Shown here: in pieces, positions 27,197-37,539 of the stretch
Numbering within the stretch: the first letter of the stretch is position 1
How the letters are laid out: every line of letters begins with the position of its first letter
From: Candidatus Portnoybacteria bacterium
GTDB lineage: Bacteria > Patescibacteriota > Minisyncoccia > Portnoybacterales > GWB1-42-6
Reading direction: 5' to 3'
NCBI GenBank assembly: GCA_016208745.1
Contig: JACQXN010000022.1
Coordinates: 19,212-83,211, forward strand
DNA: 64,000 nucleotides
Position numbers and translations under genes: made by a program
Notes under the pieces: model-generated
Databases searched by the model: none
Told to the model about the DNA's origin: nothing
Seen by the model: only the letters and a program-made list of their open reading frames with translations

Positions 27197-27690
27197 TTGT
27201 ACTTGGCATTGACCCTGGAACAGCTTCTATGGGGTATGGGATTATTGACGTAAAGAAAAGTGAATTAAAGCTAGTGTCTTTTGGCTGTATCAATACTACC
27301 AAAGATACTCCCACTCCAGACCGCCTAAAAATTCTTTATAAAAAAATAAGCGAGTTAATTAAAAAGTGTCGTCCGGATATTTTATCAATAGAGCAAATTT
27401 TCTTTTTTAAAAACTCAAAGACCGTAATTTCTGTAGCCCAAGCCCGAGGCATTGCTATTTTGGCGGCAGCTAATTCCGGCCTGCCGGTTCAGGAATATAC
27501 TCCGCTTCAGGTTAAACAAGCGGTTGTGGGTTATGGTTTGGCGCAAAAACAACAAGTCCAAAAAATGGTTAAAACTATTTTAAAATTAAAGGAGATTCCC
27601 CAGCCAGACGATGCAGCTGATGCCCTAGCAATTGCTATATGCGCTGGCCATTGCCCGGCCGCTATTGACAGCTTAAAGATAAAAAAATAG
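27193..27690 (+). CDS. ruvC: Crossover junction endodeoxyribonuclease RuvC
   Basis: MIVLGIDPGTASMGYGI N-terminus with catalytic D; 165 aa; 4 nt overlap with yebC. Confidence 0.85.
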   Translation: MIVLGIDPGTASMGYGIIDVKKSELKLVSFGCINTTKDTPTPDRLKILYKKISELIKKCRPDILSIEQIFFFKNSKTVISVAQARGIAILAAANSGLPVQEYTPLQVKQAVVGYGLAQKQQVQKMVKTILKLKEIPQPDDAADALAIAICAGHCPAAIDSLKIKK

Positions 27691-27765
27691 AATGATAGCA
27701 CAAATCTAATTATTGATTAAAGGTCGAGAAAAACAAATAATAAATACTTGCTAAAAAACAATACA

Positions 27766-27912
27766 TGAGCGAAGATTTAATTTTAAATCAGATGGATGAA
27801 GAGACCGAAGAGACTCCTGATGAAATCGAAGAAGGGGACACGACAACAGAGGCTCCCAAAGAAGACGAGGAAGGCGGATCCGATGAAGGAATTGAGAGCG
27901 ACGAAGCGTAAA
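27766..27912 (+). CDS. Possible tiny highly acidic protein (48 aa)
   Basis: MSEDLILNQMDEETEETPDEIEEGDTTTEAPKEDEEGGSDEGIESDEA. No obvious RBS; terminator-like hairpin downstream. Confidence 0.25.
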
Positions 27913-27935
27913 AACATTTTTTGATTACTCATCTT

Positions 27936-27967
27936 AAAAAGCGCCTCTTTTAAAGAAGCGCTTTTTA
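27936..27967. terminator. Bidirectional terminator-like hairpin
   Basis: AAGCGCctcttttaaagaaGCGCTT with flanking A- and T-runs. Confidence 0.45.
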
Positions 27968-27992
27968 AGTTTAGCTATATTGAGTTATCGTC

Positions 27993-29204
27993 TCATCTTA
28001 ATTTAATAAACTTTCTTTTACCAGCCTTAATCACCAAGCCTTTTTTTATTTTAATGGTCTCCTTCCAATCTTTTTTTATTTCATCATCAATTTCAATTGC
28101 TCCCTGCAAAACCAATCTTTTTGCCTCGGATTTTGAAGGAATGAGCTCGGTTTTTATTAATAGATCTAGAATATTTAATTCTTCTTCAGAAACTTTTATT
28201 TCTGGAATTTCCAAAGGCCTAGCTCCCTCTTTGAAAACAAGACTAAATTCTTTTTCTGCCTGAACTGCCGCTTCCTCGCCGTGATAAAAGGATGTTATTT
28301 TTTTGGCTAGTCTAGCCTTCGGATCCCGCGGATTTATTCTCTCTTCTTTCAACTCGCAAGAGATATTTTCGATTTCAGCTAACGGCGTATCGGTTAAAAG
28401 CTCAAAGGCCGGGATAATTTGCCCATCTGGCCAGCTCATTATTTTACCGAACATGTCTTTGGCGCTATCTTCCATTGAGACCATATTGCCTTCGGTTTTT
28501 CCCATTTTTTTGCCGCTGGGATCGGTTAGAAGCTTGGTTGTTAAAACAAATTTCTCTTTGTTTTTGACTGACTTCATTAAATCGCGGCCAACCAGCATAT
28601 TAAAAGTCTGGTCTGCGCCGCCAACCTCCAAATCAACGTCCATGGCTAAAGAATCATAACCTTGGGCGATTGGATATAAAAATTCATGCAGATAAATTGG
28701 CTCGTTGCGCTTTATCCTTTCCTGAAACATATCACGCACAATCATTTGGCCAACCGTGAAATTAGAAGCAATCTCAATTAAATCAAGAAATGTTAATTTG
28801 TCGCTCCACTCTGAATTATATTTTATTTGGGCCGGATTTTCACCGGAAAAATCTAAAAAATTTCCGGCTAGCTTCTTATAATTCTCTGAATTTCTAATAA
28901 CTTCGTCGCGGCTTAATTTTTTTCTCGCCGCTGTTTTATCTGTGGGGTCGCCGATCATGCCGGTAAAATCGCCTGTTAGCATGATTACCTCGTGACCTAA
29001 TTTCTGGAATTGGCTTAACTTGCGCAGGGTAATGGAGTGGCCAAAATGAAGGGTTGGCGAAGAAGGATCGTAGCCGCAATAAAGTCGGATTTTTTTGCCC
29101 GATTCCAAAACCTCCTTTAGTGCCTCGGCTGAAGGATAGACTTTCTCGACTCCGCGGGTTAAAGCCTCTTTAATTTTTTCTTGCACATCCGCCACTTGTT
29201 TCAT
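27993..29204 (-). CDS. tyrS: Tyrosyl-tRNA synthetase with C-terminal S4 domain
   Basis: HIGH-class motif (LHFGH), KMGKT (KMSKS), S4-like C-terminus; 403 aa. Confidence 0.9.
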   Translation of the reverse strand: MKQVADVQEKIKEALTRGVEKVYPSAEALKEVLESGKKIRLYCGYDPSSPTLHFGHSITLRKLSQFQKLGHEVIMLTGDFTGMIGDPTDKTAARKKLSRDEVIRNSENYKKLAGNFLDFSGENPAQIKYNSEWSDKLTFLDLIEIASNFTVGQMIVRDMFQERIKRNEPIYLHEFLYPIAQGYDSLAMDVDLEVGGADQTFNMLVGRDLMKSVKNKEKFVLTTKLLTDPSGKKMGKTEGNMVSMEDSAKDMFGKIMSWPDGQIIPAFELLTDTPLAEIENISCELKEERINPRDPKARLAKKITSFYHGEEAAVQAEKEFSLVFKEGARPLEIPEIKVSEEELNILDLLIKTELIPSKSEAKRLVLQGAIEIDDEIKKDWKETIKIKKGLVIKAGKRKFIKLR

Positions 29205-30604
29205 TTTTCGTTACTTAGAATTTTTAAGTGGAGCTCTTTTAATTGCTTTTCATCAACTTCCGACGGCGCAATCATCATTAAATCGCGGCCATCGCCGGTT
29301 TTTGGGAAAGCAATAACTTCTCTGATATTTGGCTCGCCTGCCAGAATCATAACAAACCTATCAATGCCCGGCGCGATACCTCCGTGCGGGGGCACGCCGT
29401 ACGAAAAAGCTTCCAGTAAATGGCCGAATTTTTCCCTGATTTGCTCTTTTTTATGCCCCATTACCTCAAAAACTGCTTCCAAAATTTCTGGCCGATATGT
29501 TCTTAGGCTGCCGCCGCCAATCTCATAGCCATTGCACACAAAATCATATTGAAAGCCCATAATTTTTTCCGGGCATTCCTTAATCTCCTCGATATCCTCG
29601 CTCTGGGGGCGGGTAAAAGGATGATGAACCGCATCCCATCTTTTTTCTTCCTCGCGCCACTCAAACATCGGAAAATCAACAATGAAACAAAAAGCGAGCT
29701 CATTGGGATCGTTTTTATCCTTACGCAGATCCGGCTTGTCGGTCCCGTATTTTTCCATTGCCTCCTTATAAGAAATACGAGGGAATGGCGTTTGCGTAAA
29801 TTTCTTATCTGGTGAAATATTTTTAACAATATCGGCGTATAATCTTTCAATTAAATCAAGGATTTCTTCCTGGCTCATAAAGCTTGTCTCCAGGTCAAGC
29901 TGAGTGAATTCTGGTTGCCTATCCCCACGCGTGTCTTCATCCCTAAAACACCGGGCAATTTGAAAATATTTTTCAAAACCAGCCACCATTAAAAGCTGTT
30001 TGTATTGCTGGGGTGATTGCGGCAAAGCATAAAATTTACCCGGCTCCAGACGGCTTGGAACGATGTAATCCCTGGCGCCTTCGGGCGTTGATTTAGTTAA
30101 AATCGGTGTTTCAATTTCAATAAAATCTTCTTTGCCAAGCCACTGACGCATAAATTGAATGACCTTATCGCGCAAAATCAAATTGTTCTTTAATCGCTCG
30201 CGGCGCAAATCCAAATAGCGAAATTTCAATCGCTTGTCTTCGCTGATTTGAGAACCGTCGGTATTAATATCAAAAGGCGGGGTTTTGGCTTCGGATAGAA
30301 TTTCTAAATTTTCAACAGCAATCTCTATTTCGCCGGTTGCGATTTTAGGATTAATCATACCTTTAGGCCTGGCTTTAACTTCGCCCTCAACCAAAACCAC
30401 CCACTCGGGCCTTAAGCTTGTCGCTTTTTCATATAATTCTTTGTTTTCGGGCAAAAAGACCAGCTGCGTTAAGCCTTCTTTGTCCCGCAGATCAATAAAA
30501 ATAATTTTTCCGTGATCTCTCCTGACATCAACCCAGCCGGCCAATTTCACTTTTTGACCGATTCTTAATGAAACCTCTTTTGATAGAATTCTTTTTTCAA
30601 TCAT
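29201..30604 (-). CDS. aspS: Aspartyl-tRNA synthetase (short form, apparently lacking GAD insertion domain)
   Basis: N-terminal OB fold, class II motifs (FQIARCFRDEDTRGDRQPEFTQLD; NGYEIGGGSLR); 467 aa. Confidence 0.8.
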   Translation of the reverse strand: MIEKRILSKEVSLRIGQKVKLAGWVDVRRDHGKIIFIDLRDKEGLTQLVFLPENKELYEKATSLRPEWVVLVEGEVKARPKGMINPKIATGEIEIAVENLEILSEAKTPPFDINTDGSQISEDKRLKFRYLDLRRERLKNNLILRDKVIQFMRQWLGKEDFIEIETPILTKSTPEGARDYIVPSRLEPGKFYALPQSPQQYKQLLMVAGFEKYFQIARCFRDEDTRGDRQPEFTQLDLETSFMSQEEILDLIERLYADIVKNISPDKKFTQTPFPRISYKEAMEKYGTDKPDLRKDKNDPNELAFCFIVDFPMFEWREEEKRWDAVHHPFTRPQSEDIEEIKECPEKIMGFQYDFVCNGYEIGGGSLRTYRPEILEAVFEVMGHKKEQIREKFGHLLEAFSYGVPPHGGIAPGIDRFVMILAGEPNIREVIAFPKTGDGRDLMMIAPSEVDEKQLKELHLKILSNEK

Positions 30605-30698
30605 AGCTTAATCCTATCTAATAAATGCCTCAAAGTCAATTAGAGCGGCAAGGTTGAAATCTGACTAGAATTCTGGCATAATTAGACAGATGACAGAC

Positions 30699-30805
30699 GG
30701 CGTAAATAAGCATATTTTTCAACGCGCCTCTATCAAGTTGGCGCTCGCGCCTATATTAACGAGCCCACAGCCAGCCCGACGTTAAAGAATATGCTTATTT
30801 ACGCC
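30699..30805. repeat. Family E element copy 2 (long stem plus conserved GC loop) in divergent aspS/PBP promoter region
   Basis: GGCGTAAATAAGCATATT ... AATATGCTTATTTACGCC. Loop contains TTGGCGCTCGCGCC as in copy 1. Confidence 0.65.
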
Positions 30806-30827
30806 AGATAATCTTACTTCGCACAAA

Positions 30828-33464
30828 ATGAAACTTTATCGCCCATATCATAGCGCTCCCAAAAAAAGAGGTAAAATAAGGAAAATCCTGACTTTTCTGG
30901 GTTATCTGGTTGGCGCAGGCATAATTATTATTGCCGGCGTTTTTATATATTTTGTCAAAGACCTGCCCAATCCCGATAAAATTTCCGAACGCCAAATTAC
31001 CCAGTCAACTAAAATCTACGACCGAACTGGCCAAGTTTTGCTTTATGATGTTCATGGCGAAGAGAAAAGAACCGTTGTCCCGCTTGACCAAATTTCTAAA
31101 TCTTTACAGCAAGCCACAATTTCCACAGAAGACGCTAATTTTTATCATCATTTTGGATTAGATTTCAAAGGCATTGCCCGGGCTGTTTGGGGAGTAATAA
31201 CCAACAACAAAAGCGCTGGCGGCGGCTCAACTATCACCCAGCAATTCATAAAGAAATCTTTTTTTACCGATAAAAGATCTTACACCAGAAAATTCAAAGA
31301 ATGGATTTTGGCTTTGGAGCTAGAAGCAAAATATTCAAAAGACGAAATTTTAGGATTTTACTTAAACCAAATTCCTTATGGCTCAAATGCTTATGGCGCC
31401 GAAGCAGCCAGTCAAACATTTTTTAATAAATCAGCCAAAGACCTGACATTAGCTGAAAGCGCTCTTTTGGCTGCTCTGCCCCAAGCCCCAAGCTATTATT
31501 CTCCTTATGGCTCGCACCCCGAAGACCTTAAGGCCCGCCAGGAATACGTTCTGGAGCGGATGGAAAAACTAGGGCATATCAACAGAGAAGAGATGGAGGC
31601 GGCAAAGGGAGAAAAGTTAAATTTTTCAAAAAATACGCAGATTATCAAGGCGCCGCATTTTGTAATGTATATCAAAGAATATCTGGAGGCAGAATACGGA
31701 GAAGAAATGGTTGAACGAGGAGGATTAAAAGTCTATACCTCTCTTGACTGGGATTTGCAGCAAGCCGCCCAGGAGATCGTTGAAAAAGGGGCACAAGACA
31801 ATCAGGCAAAATACGGCGCCTATAATGCCGCCCTTTCTGCGGTTGACCCAAAAACAGGCCAGATTTTGGTTATGGTCGGCTCAAAAGATTACTTTGCTGA
31901 CGCCCTGCCGCAAGGCTGCGAGCCAGGAAAGACTTGCCGCTTTGAGCCAAACGTCAATGTATCTGTGCGCAATCGCCAGCCAGGCTCTTCCTTTAAACCA
32001 TTTGCTTATGCGCTGGCCTTCCAAAAAGGCTTTTTGCCAGAAACTACGCTATTTGATTTAAAAACAGAGTTTAATTCTAGCTGTCCACCAGAGGCTGTAG
32101 CCGAACAATATAATGGCCAACGCTGTTATAATCCCCAAAACTACGACGGAAGCTTCAGGGGGCCGGTTTCTATGCGTCAGGCCCTAGCCCAATCGCTTAA
32201 TATCCCGGCCGTTAAAACTCTTTATTTGGCCGGCATACCAGAAACAATTGAATATTCAAGAGCAATGGGCATCACGACTTTAAAAGACAAAGACCGCTAT
32301 GGCTTGGCTCTGGTTCTTGGCGGCGGAGAAGTAAAGCTAATTGATGAAGTGGCTGCTTATGGCGTCTTTGCGGCTGACGGAATAAAAAACGAAAAAACCG
32401 CGATTTTAAAAATAGAAAATTCAGAAGGAAAAATTCTGGAAGAATTTAAGGCCGACCCCAAAAAGGTTATGGAGCCACAAATTGCCAGATTGATTTCTGA
32501 TGTTTTGTCTGACAATGAAGCGCGAGCGCCAGTTTTTGGACAAAGCTCCCCTCTCTATATTAGCGACCGACCAACAGCCGTTAAGACCGGCACCACCCAA
32601 GAATACCGCGACGCCTGGACCGTGGGTTACACTCCGTCTTTGACAGCTGGCGTCTGGGTTGGTAATAACAACAACGCGCCGATGGCCAAAGCAGGCGCTG
32701 GCTTATACGCGGCCGCGCCCCTCTGGAATGCTTTTATAAAAAAAGCTTATGAGATAAAGGCTGATAACCAACAGCCAATTCAGAATAGTTTTACCTTACA
32801 AAAAGAGCCGGAACAATTTATTAAGCCGGAAATAAAAACCACTGACAAGCCGGTTTTAAATGGCCAAATATTTTCTGAAGCAAAAGTAAAAATAGATAAA
32901 ATTTCTGGCAAGCTGGCCACTGACCTAACTCCCCCGGACTTGATTCAAGAAGTGCTCTTTAAAGAAATTCACACCATCTTATATTATCTTGATAAGGACG
33001 ATCCTTTGGGCGAGGCGCCAAAAAATCCTTCAGGCGACCAGCAGTTTTCTAACTGGGAATGGGCAGTGCAAAACTGGGCCAAGACCTCTGGTTGGGTCCC
33101 GCAGCTGCCGCCAAGCAGCCAAGACGATGTTCACAAGCCAGAGAACCAACCAACCATCCAGATTGTTTCTCCAAATTCTGGCCAGGCCATCACCCAAAAA
33201 TCAATTACTATTTCTGTCCAAGCCCAGGCAAAACTTGGCATTAAACAAATAGATTTCTTTTTTGATAACCAGCTTATCGGAACCGATACAAAAGAACCCT
33301 ATAGCATCACCTATAATCTCCCCCGCCGATTAAGCGGCGCCGCACATACAATTAAAGTCCGCGCCTATGACCAAGCCTATAATCGCCAAGAAACCGAAAT
33401 TCAAGTTTTTACCTACAACATACCAGGAATAATTATTGAGCCGGAAGAAACGCTAACTGACTAA
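30828..33464 (+). CDS. Class A penicillin-binding protein (transglycosylase + transpeptidase, PBP1A-like)
   Basis: N-terminal TM, GT51 motifs (TISTEDANFYHHFGLD; GGSTITQQ), transpeptidase SxxK/KTG motifs; 878 aa. Confidence 0.85.
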   Translation: MKLYRPYHSAPKKRGKIRKILTFLGYLVGAGIIIIAGVFIYFVKDLPNPDKISERQITQSTKIYDRTGQVLLYDVHGEEKRTVVPLDQISKSLQQATISTEDANFYHHFGLDFKGIARAVWGVITNNKSAGGGSTITQQFIKKSFFTDKRSYTRKFKEWILALELEAKYSKDEILGFYLNQIPYGSNAYGAEAASQTFFNKSAKDLTLAESALLAALPQAPSYYSPYGSHPEDLKARQEYVLERMEKLGHINREEMEAAKGEKLNFSKNTQIIKAPHFVMYIKEYLEAEYGEEMVERGGLKVYTSLDWDLQQAAQEIVEKGAQDNQAKYGAYNAALSAVDPKTGQILVMVGSKDYFADALPQGCEPGKTCRFEPNVNVSVRNRQPGSSFKPFAYALAFQKGFLPETTLFDLKTEFNSSCPPEAVAEQYNGQRCYNPQNYDGSFRGPVSMRQALAQSLNIPAVKTLYLAGIPETIEYSRAMGITTLKDKDRYGLALVLGGGEVKLIDEVAAYGVFAADGIKNEKTAILKIENSEGKILEEFKADPKKVMEPQIARLISDVLSDNEARAPVFGQSSPLYISDRPTAVKTGTTQEYRDAWTVGYTPSLTAGVWVGNNNNAPMAKAGAGLYAAAPLWNAFIKKAYEIKADNQQPIQNSFTLQKEPEQFIKPEIKTTDKPVLNGQIFSEAKVKIDKISGKLATDLTPPDLIQEVLFKEIHTILYYLDKDDPLGEAPKNPSGDQQFSNWEWAVQNWAKTSGWVPQLPPSSQDDVHKPENQPTIQIVSPNSGQAITQKSITISVQAQAKLGIKQIDFFFDNQLIGTDTKEPYSITYNLPRRLSGAAHTIKVRAYDQAYNRQETEIQVFTYNIPGIIIEPEETLTD

Positions 33465-33490
33465 AATGTAATCTCTTAAAAATTATCTAC

Positions 33491-33525
33491 AAAAAACAGC
33501 CCCATCTATGGGGACTGTTTTTTTA
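33491..33525. terminator. Bidirectional rho-independent terminator
   Basis: AAAAAACAGCCCCAtctaTGGGGACTGTTTTTTT. Confidence 0.6.
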
Positions 33526-33543
33526 ATTGCGGCTCCTACCGCT

Positions 33544-33837
33544 TTAACTAATGAATCTCATTTTTTCTATTAACTCCTTACCAAATAATTGATTAAGGTG
33601 TTGAATAATTCTTATTTGTTTTAATTGAAGATCAGAGGCCCAAATAGAGTTTAGGCAGTCAACGATTAAAACCTTATCCTTGAAAGAAACCGGTTTGGTT
33701 TTATTTCTATAAACTTCTCCGAAAAGTTCTACTAAAATTTTATCCCAACCCAAAGCAAGCTGGTTAAATTCTAAAACCGGGCCGAGGTTTAGTTTGTTTA
33801 TCGTAAAGGGGAGAATTTTTTTTAGCGTGACCCACAT
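33544..33837 (-). CDS. DUF721 (DciA-like) protein downstream of dnaN
   Basis: 97 aa; conserved position after dnaN and C-terminal pattern typical of DUF721. Confidence 0.55.
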   Translation of the reverse strand: MWVTLKKILPFTINKLNLGPVLEFNQLALGWDKILVELFGEVYRNKTKPVSFKDKVLIVDCLNSIWASDLQLKQIRIIQHLNQLFGKELIEKMRFIS

Positions 33838-33842
33838 TATAG

Positions 33843-34946
33843 TTAGGTTTTAATTGGCATTATTACATACAGAAATCCATCTTCGCCAGAGGGCCTAATA
33901 ACAGATGGACTGGTTTCTGAATTTAATCCCAAGGAAACATTTTTTGTTGAGATATTGCTTAAGCCATCCAAAAAATAACGAAAGTTAAAGATAACTTCCA
34001 TTGGTTTACCTTTGACATCAGCTGGGATTTGGGATTTATTTTCACCCAAATCAGCATCTTGAGACAAAATATCAATCTTACCAGAATAAATAGACAGCTT
34101 AACGTCATTTATTTTACTGCTAAAAATACTGGCGATTTTAATATTATTAACAAACTCATCCTTAAGAAGGGTTGCCTGAGTTTCAAAGCTTTTGGGGATA
34201 ATTTGTTGATAATCAGGGTATTGGCCGTCAATAATCCTTGAAATCAATTGCACCTCATTAGTCTCAAATAAAACTTGGCTATCGCCCAAAATAAACCTAA
34301 CTTCATTATCTGGCTTTTCGGTTAATATCCTAATTAGTTCCTGAATGGTGCGCTGGGGAATAATTAAAGAGATTGGTTTTGTAATTAAATTATTTGTCTG
34401 ATAGATAGTTTTTTCGGCTAGTCTAAAGCTGTCGGTTGCCACAAATTTAATTGCTTCTTTGTCTATTTTAAAAAGGATTCCTGAAATTTCAGGCCTTGAT
34501 TCAGAAAGAGCAGCCGAACCAACAACTTGAGATAAATTATTTTTTAATATCTCGCCTTTTTTAAAAATTATAATCGGCTTTTCTTTTATTTTAGGAATTA
34601 AAGGAAAATCATCAGACGGCAGACCCTTGATGCTAGCTTTGTAATTTTCACACCTAACAAAAAGGGTGTTATCTTTTACCTCTAGTTCAATTTTTTTATT
34701 TGGTAAACTATTAATAAAACTGCTTAATATTTTAGCTGGACAAGTAATTGAACCTTGTTTTTCTATTTTTCCTGAAGTCCAAGTGTTAATACCAATTTCA
34801 AGATTAGTTGAAGAAATTTTTAATCGGCCACCCTCGGTTTCAAGTAATAAATTATTTAAAATCGGCAAAGTTAAATTACGGCCAACAATATTTTGGGTAA
34901 TATTTAAATTGGTTTTTAGATTTTCCTGAAGACAGATAATTTTCAT
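33843..34946 (-). CDS. dnaN: DNA polymerase III beta sliding clamp
   Basis: 367 aa, three-domain clamp pattern, immediately downstream of dnaA. Confidence 0.9.
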   Translation of the reverse strand: MKIICLQENLKTNLNITQNIVGRNLTLPILNNLLLETEGGRLKISSTNLEIGINTWTSGKIEKQGSITCPAKILSSFINSLPNKKIELEVKDNTLFVRCENYKASIKGLPSDDFPLIPKIKEKPIIIFKKGEILKNNLSQVVGSAALSESRPEISGILFKIDKEAIKFVATDSFRLAEKTIYQTNNLITKPISLIIPQRTIQELIRILTEKPDNEVRFILGDSQVLFETNEVQLISRIIDGQYPDYQQIIPKSFETQATLLKDEFVNNIKIASIFSSKINDVKLSIYSGKIDILSQDADLGENKSQIPADVKGKPMEVIFNFRYFLDGLSNISTKNVSLGLNSETSPSVIRPSGEDGFLYVIMPIKT

Positions 34947-35152
34947 TAATTTAATTTTTAATTTATTTTAATGTTATATTTATTAAGTAATTACTTATTT
35001 GTGGAAAAGTTTGTTTTGTTGAAGACTGTATTAAATTTTTTATTTAATATATTGTTGATAATATATTAAAATTTAAGGGGATTATTATTATTTGTAATTA
35101 TTTTTTATAAAATAATTATTTTATAAAGTATTTATCCACCAGATATTAATTA
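34947..35152. promoter_or_regulatory. Candidate oriC: AT-rich dnaA-dnaN spacer with DnaA-box-like motifs
   Basis: ~85 percent A+T. TTATCCACC at 35132-35140 and TGTGGAAAA at 35000-35008 are each 8/9 to consensus. TATTTGTGGAAA recurs at 36835-36847 upstream of dnaA. Confidence 0.4.
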
Positions 35153-36523
35153 TTAAATACTATAAAATCTTTCTTTAATTAAATTAATTTCTTGTTGTAG
35201 GGATTCGTTTTTTTGTAGCTCTCTATTTAATTTTTCACAAGCATACATAACAGTTGTATGATCTCTGCCGCCTAACTTCTCACCAATAAAAGGAAAGGAG
35301 CTTTTTAATTCCTCCCTGATTAAAAACATAGCTACTTGTCTTGGCCAGACTAACTCTTTTTTACGACAACGATTAATTAGGTGGCTAGTGTTTATATCGT
35401 AAAATTCTGATACTGCCTGAAGAATAACTTTATAACTTATTTTTTTAGAAGGAGGTGAGGTAATGCCGGTTAGTATTTTTGAAATTTGCTCCAATGACGG
35501 CAGGGAGCCGCTTAATTTAAGGGTAATCATTACTCTATTTAATGCTCCTTCAAGCTCCCTGATATTTTTTTGAATATTGGCAGCGATATAATTTAACACC
35601 TCATCGCTTATTTGAAGATTTTTTTCGTAACACTTTGCTTTTAATATAGCGATTCTTGATTCTAAATCAGGATAGCTGATATCAGCGATCATTCCCCCTT
35701 CAAATCGTGATTTTAATCTTTCTTCAAGCGTTGAGATAGCTTTGGGCGGCCGATCAGAACTTATAATTATCTGTTTATTGTTTTGATATAAGGCGTTAAA
35801 GGTATGGAAGAATTCTTCCTGAGTTTTTTCTTTGCCGGATAAAAACTGAACATCATCAATAATTAAGACATCGATTTTTCGGTAACTATTCTTAAATTCC
35901 TCCATTTGCCCATTATAAAGGGCAGCGACTAGCTCATTGGTAAATTTTTCAGAACTTGTATAGCAGATTTTTTTCTCGTTTTTAAAGTTTTTAACTATTT
36001 CGTTGCCAATTGCTTGGATAAGATGGGTTTTGCCCAGCCCCACCCCGCCATAAATAAATAAGGGGTTATAGAGCCGGCCAAGGTTTTTAGTTATTGCTTG
36101 GGCAGCCGCTTGGGCCAATTCATTGAACGAACCGACAATAAAATTATCAAAAGTGTATTTTGGATTAAGGTGGGTCTCTTTGTTGATCTCAAGCTCTTGG
36201 AAAGACTGATTGACAATTTCGGTTTCTTTCCGTCTGGGAGGAGTTGATCGTCCAGGCGTTGCCAGTTCTGGCAAGGAAATCGCGGCAATGACAAATTCAA
36301 CCTCTTTTACTTCAGGTAAAATATTTCGCAGAGCTCTTAATATTAATTTATTGTATTTATTCTCCAGCCACTCTTTAGAAAAAGCATTAGGGACGCCGAC
36401 TGTCGCGGCGCCTTCTCTGGTTTTTATTACATCGGTGTTCCGAAACCAAGTAATAAAGTTTGTCTTGGAAATATTGAGTTCAATTTCCCCTAAGGCAGCT
36501 TGCCAAAGCTCGTGGTTGGTCAT
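35153..36523 (-). CDS. dnaA: Chromosomal replication initiator DnaA
   Basis: GGVGLGKTHL Walker A, AAA+ motifs, C-terminal DnaA-box-binding HTH; 456 aa. Confidence 0.92.
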   Translation of the reverse strand: MTNHELWQAALGEIELNISKTNFITWFRNTDVIKTREGAATVGVPNAFSKEWLENKYNKLILRALRNILPEVKEVEFVIAAISLPELATPGRSTPPRRKETEIVNQSFQELEINKETHLNPKYTFDNFIVGSFNELAQAAAQAITKNLGRLYNPLFIYGGVGLGKTHLIQAIGNEIVKNFKNEKKICYTSSEKFTNELVAALYNGQMEEFKNSYRKIDVLIIDDVQFLSGKEKTQEEFFHTFNALYQNNKQIIISSDRPPKAISTLEERLKSRFEGGMIADISYPDLESRIAILKAKCYEKNLQISDEVLNYIAANIQKNIRELEGALNRVMITLKLSGSLPSLEQISKILTGITSPPSKKISYKVILQAVSEFYDINTSHLINRCRKKELVWPRQVAMFLIREELKSSFPFIGEKLGGRDHTTVMYACEKLNRELQKNESLQQEINLIKERFYSI

Positions 36524-37056
36524 AGAGATTTATCGGCTAGAAGCGATTATAATTTCTAACCTTTGTTTTTAAAAAATAAACAAATATCAGCCCCCGTCAT
36601 TTATTGGCGGGTAGAGAGCGGGCTGTATAAATCTCAGTAGTTTTACAGAAGGCGTCTGTATTTAAAGAAAGCCTTTTGTAAAACCGCTGAGGGAGCAGGC
36701 GGTTTTGTAGCGTGTCCTGCTTGGCCCGAATTTTAATGGACTTTTTAACTTTTCCAATTATATCACAAAGAAAATTATTGAGAATAACCCTGTCTATGGC
36801 CAGAAAGACACAATTTTGTTAATAAGGTGTGCAGTATTTGTGGAAATCATTTTTTAAATTGACTTCGTAATTATTTAATACTATACTTAATTTAATCCAA
36901 TGTCAAAATATGCCGGGTAGTGAAAATTTGGCAGATAACATTCTTCCTCCGTAAAAGTTTCAAAACCGGCAAAGGCGAACAAAAATTAAGTAGAAACGAT
37001 TTCTAAGATTAAATTTATTAACGAATTTAATCTTAGCCAAATTTCTGCTAATCGGT

Positions 37057-37191
37057 ATGAGTATAACCTATAAGCCCAAAAAAAGAAAACGCAAGAAAAC
37101 CCACGGGTTTTTGAAAAGAATGAGGAAATTCGGCGGCCGTCGGGTTTTAAAAAAAAGAAGAGCCAAGGGCCGTAAGCATTTAACGGTTTAA
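37057..37191 (+). CDS. rpmH: 50S ribosomal protein L34
   Basis: Manual translation [44 protein letters not shown] (44 aa). Not in the ORF track because it is under 60 aa. Confidence 0.85.
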   Translation: MSITYKPKKRKRKKTHGFLKRMRKFGGRRVLKKRRAKGRKHLTV

Positions 37192-37194
37192 TCA

Positions 37195-37539
37195 ATGTTA
37201 CCCAAAATTCAGAGATTAAGAAAGGCCGGTGATTTCAAAACGGCCCTAAAAAGCGGGCGGTTTGTCAGGGGCGAATTAATGGATATAAGATTTTCTGCGA
37301 ACGATCTTGGTATTTGCCGTTTTGGCTTTATAATAAGCGCCAAGGTTTCCAAAAAGGCTGTTTTGCGCAATCGGGCGCGCCGACAAATATCCCAAGCAGC
37401 TAAGGCGCTTATCGGTTATATCAGGCCCGGTTATGATTTTGTGATTATTGCTAAACCAAAAATCATCGGCAAAGATTCTGGTGAAATTAACCAAAAATTA
37501 AATGACTTTTTTAAGAAAACTAACCTTTTTAGTCAATAA
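37195..37539 (+). CDS. rnpA: Ribonuclease P protein component
   Basis: [14 protein letters not shown]-terminus and RNR-like motif (RNRARRQ); 114 aa directly after rpmH. Confidence 0.85.
   Translation: MLPKIQRLRKAGDFKTALKSGRFVRGELMDIRFSANDLGICRFGFIISAKVSKKAVLRNRARRQISQAAKALIGYIRPGYDFVIIAKPKIIGKDSGEINQKLNDFFKKTNLFSQ

Noticed and set aside
27800-27830. CUGAUGA...GAAA hammerhead-like motif
   Set aside because: The flanking helices required for a hammerhead ribozyme are not present. It is probably a chance match inside a Glu-rich coding stretch.
36590-36730. GC-rich hairpins upstream of dnaA as possible RNase P RNA/6S/tRNA
   Set aside because: No tRNA T-arm/anticodon architecture and no RNase P conserved regions (e.g. 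AGGAAAGTCCGGGCTCC-like P4) could be recognised. More likely promoter/terminator structures.
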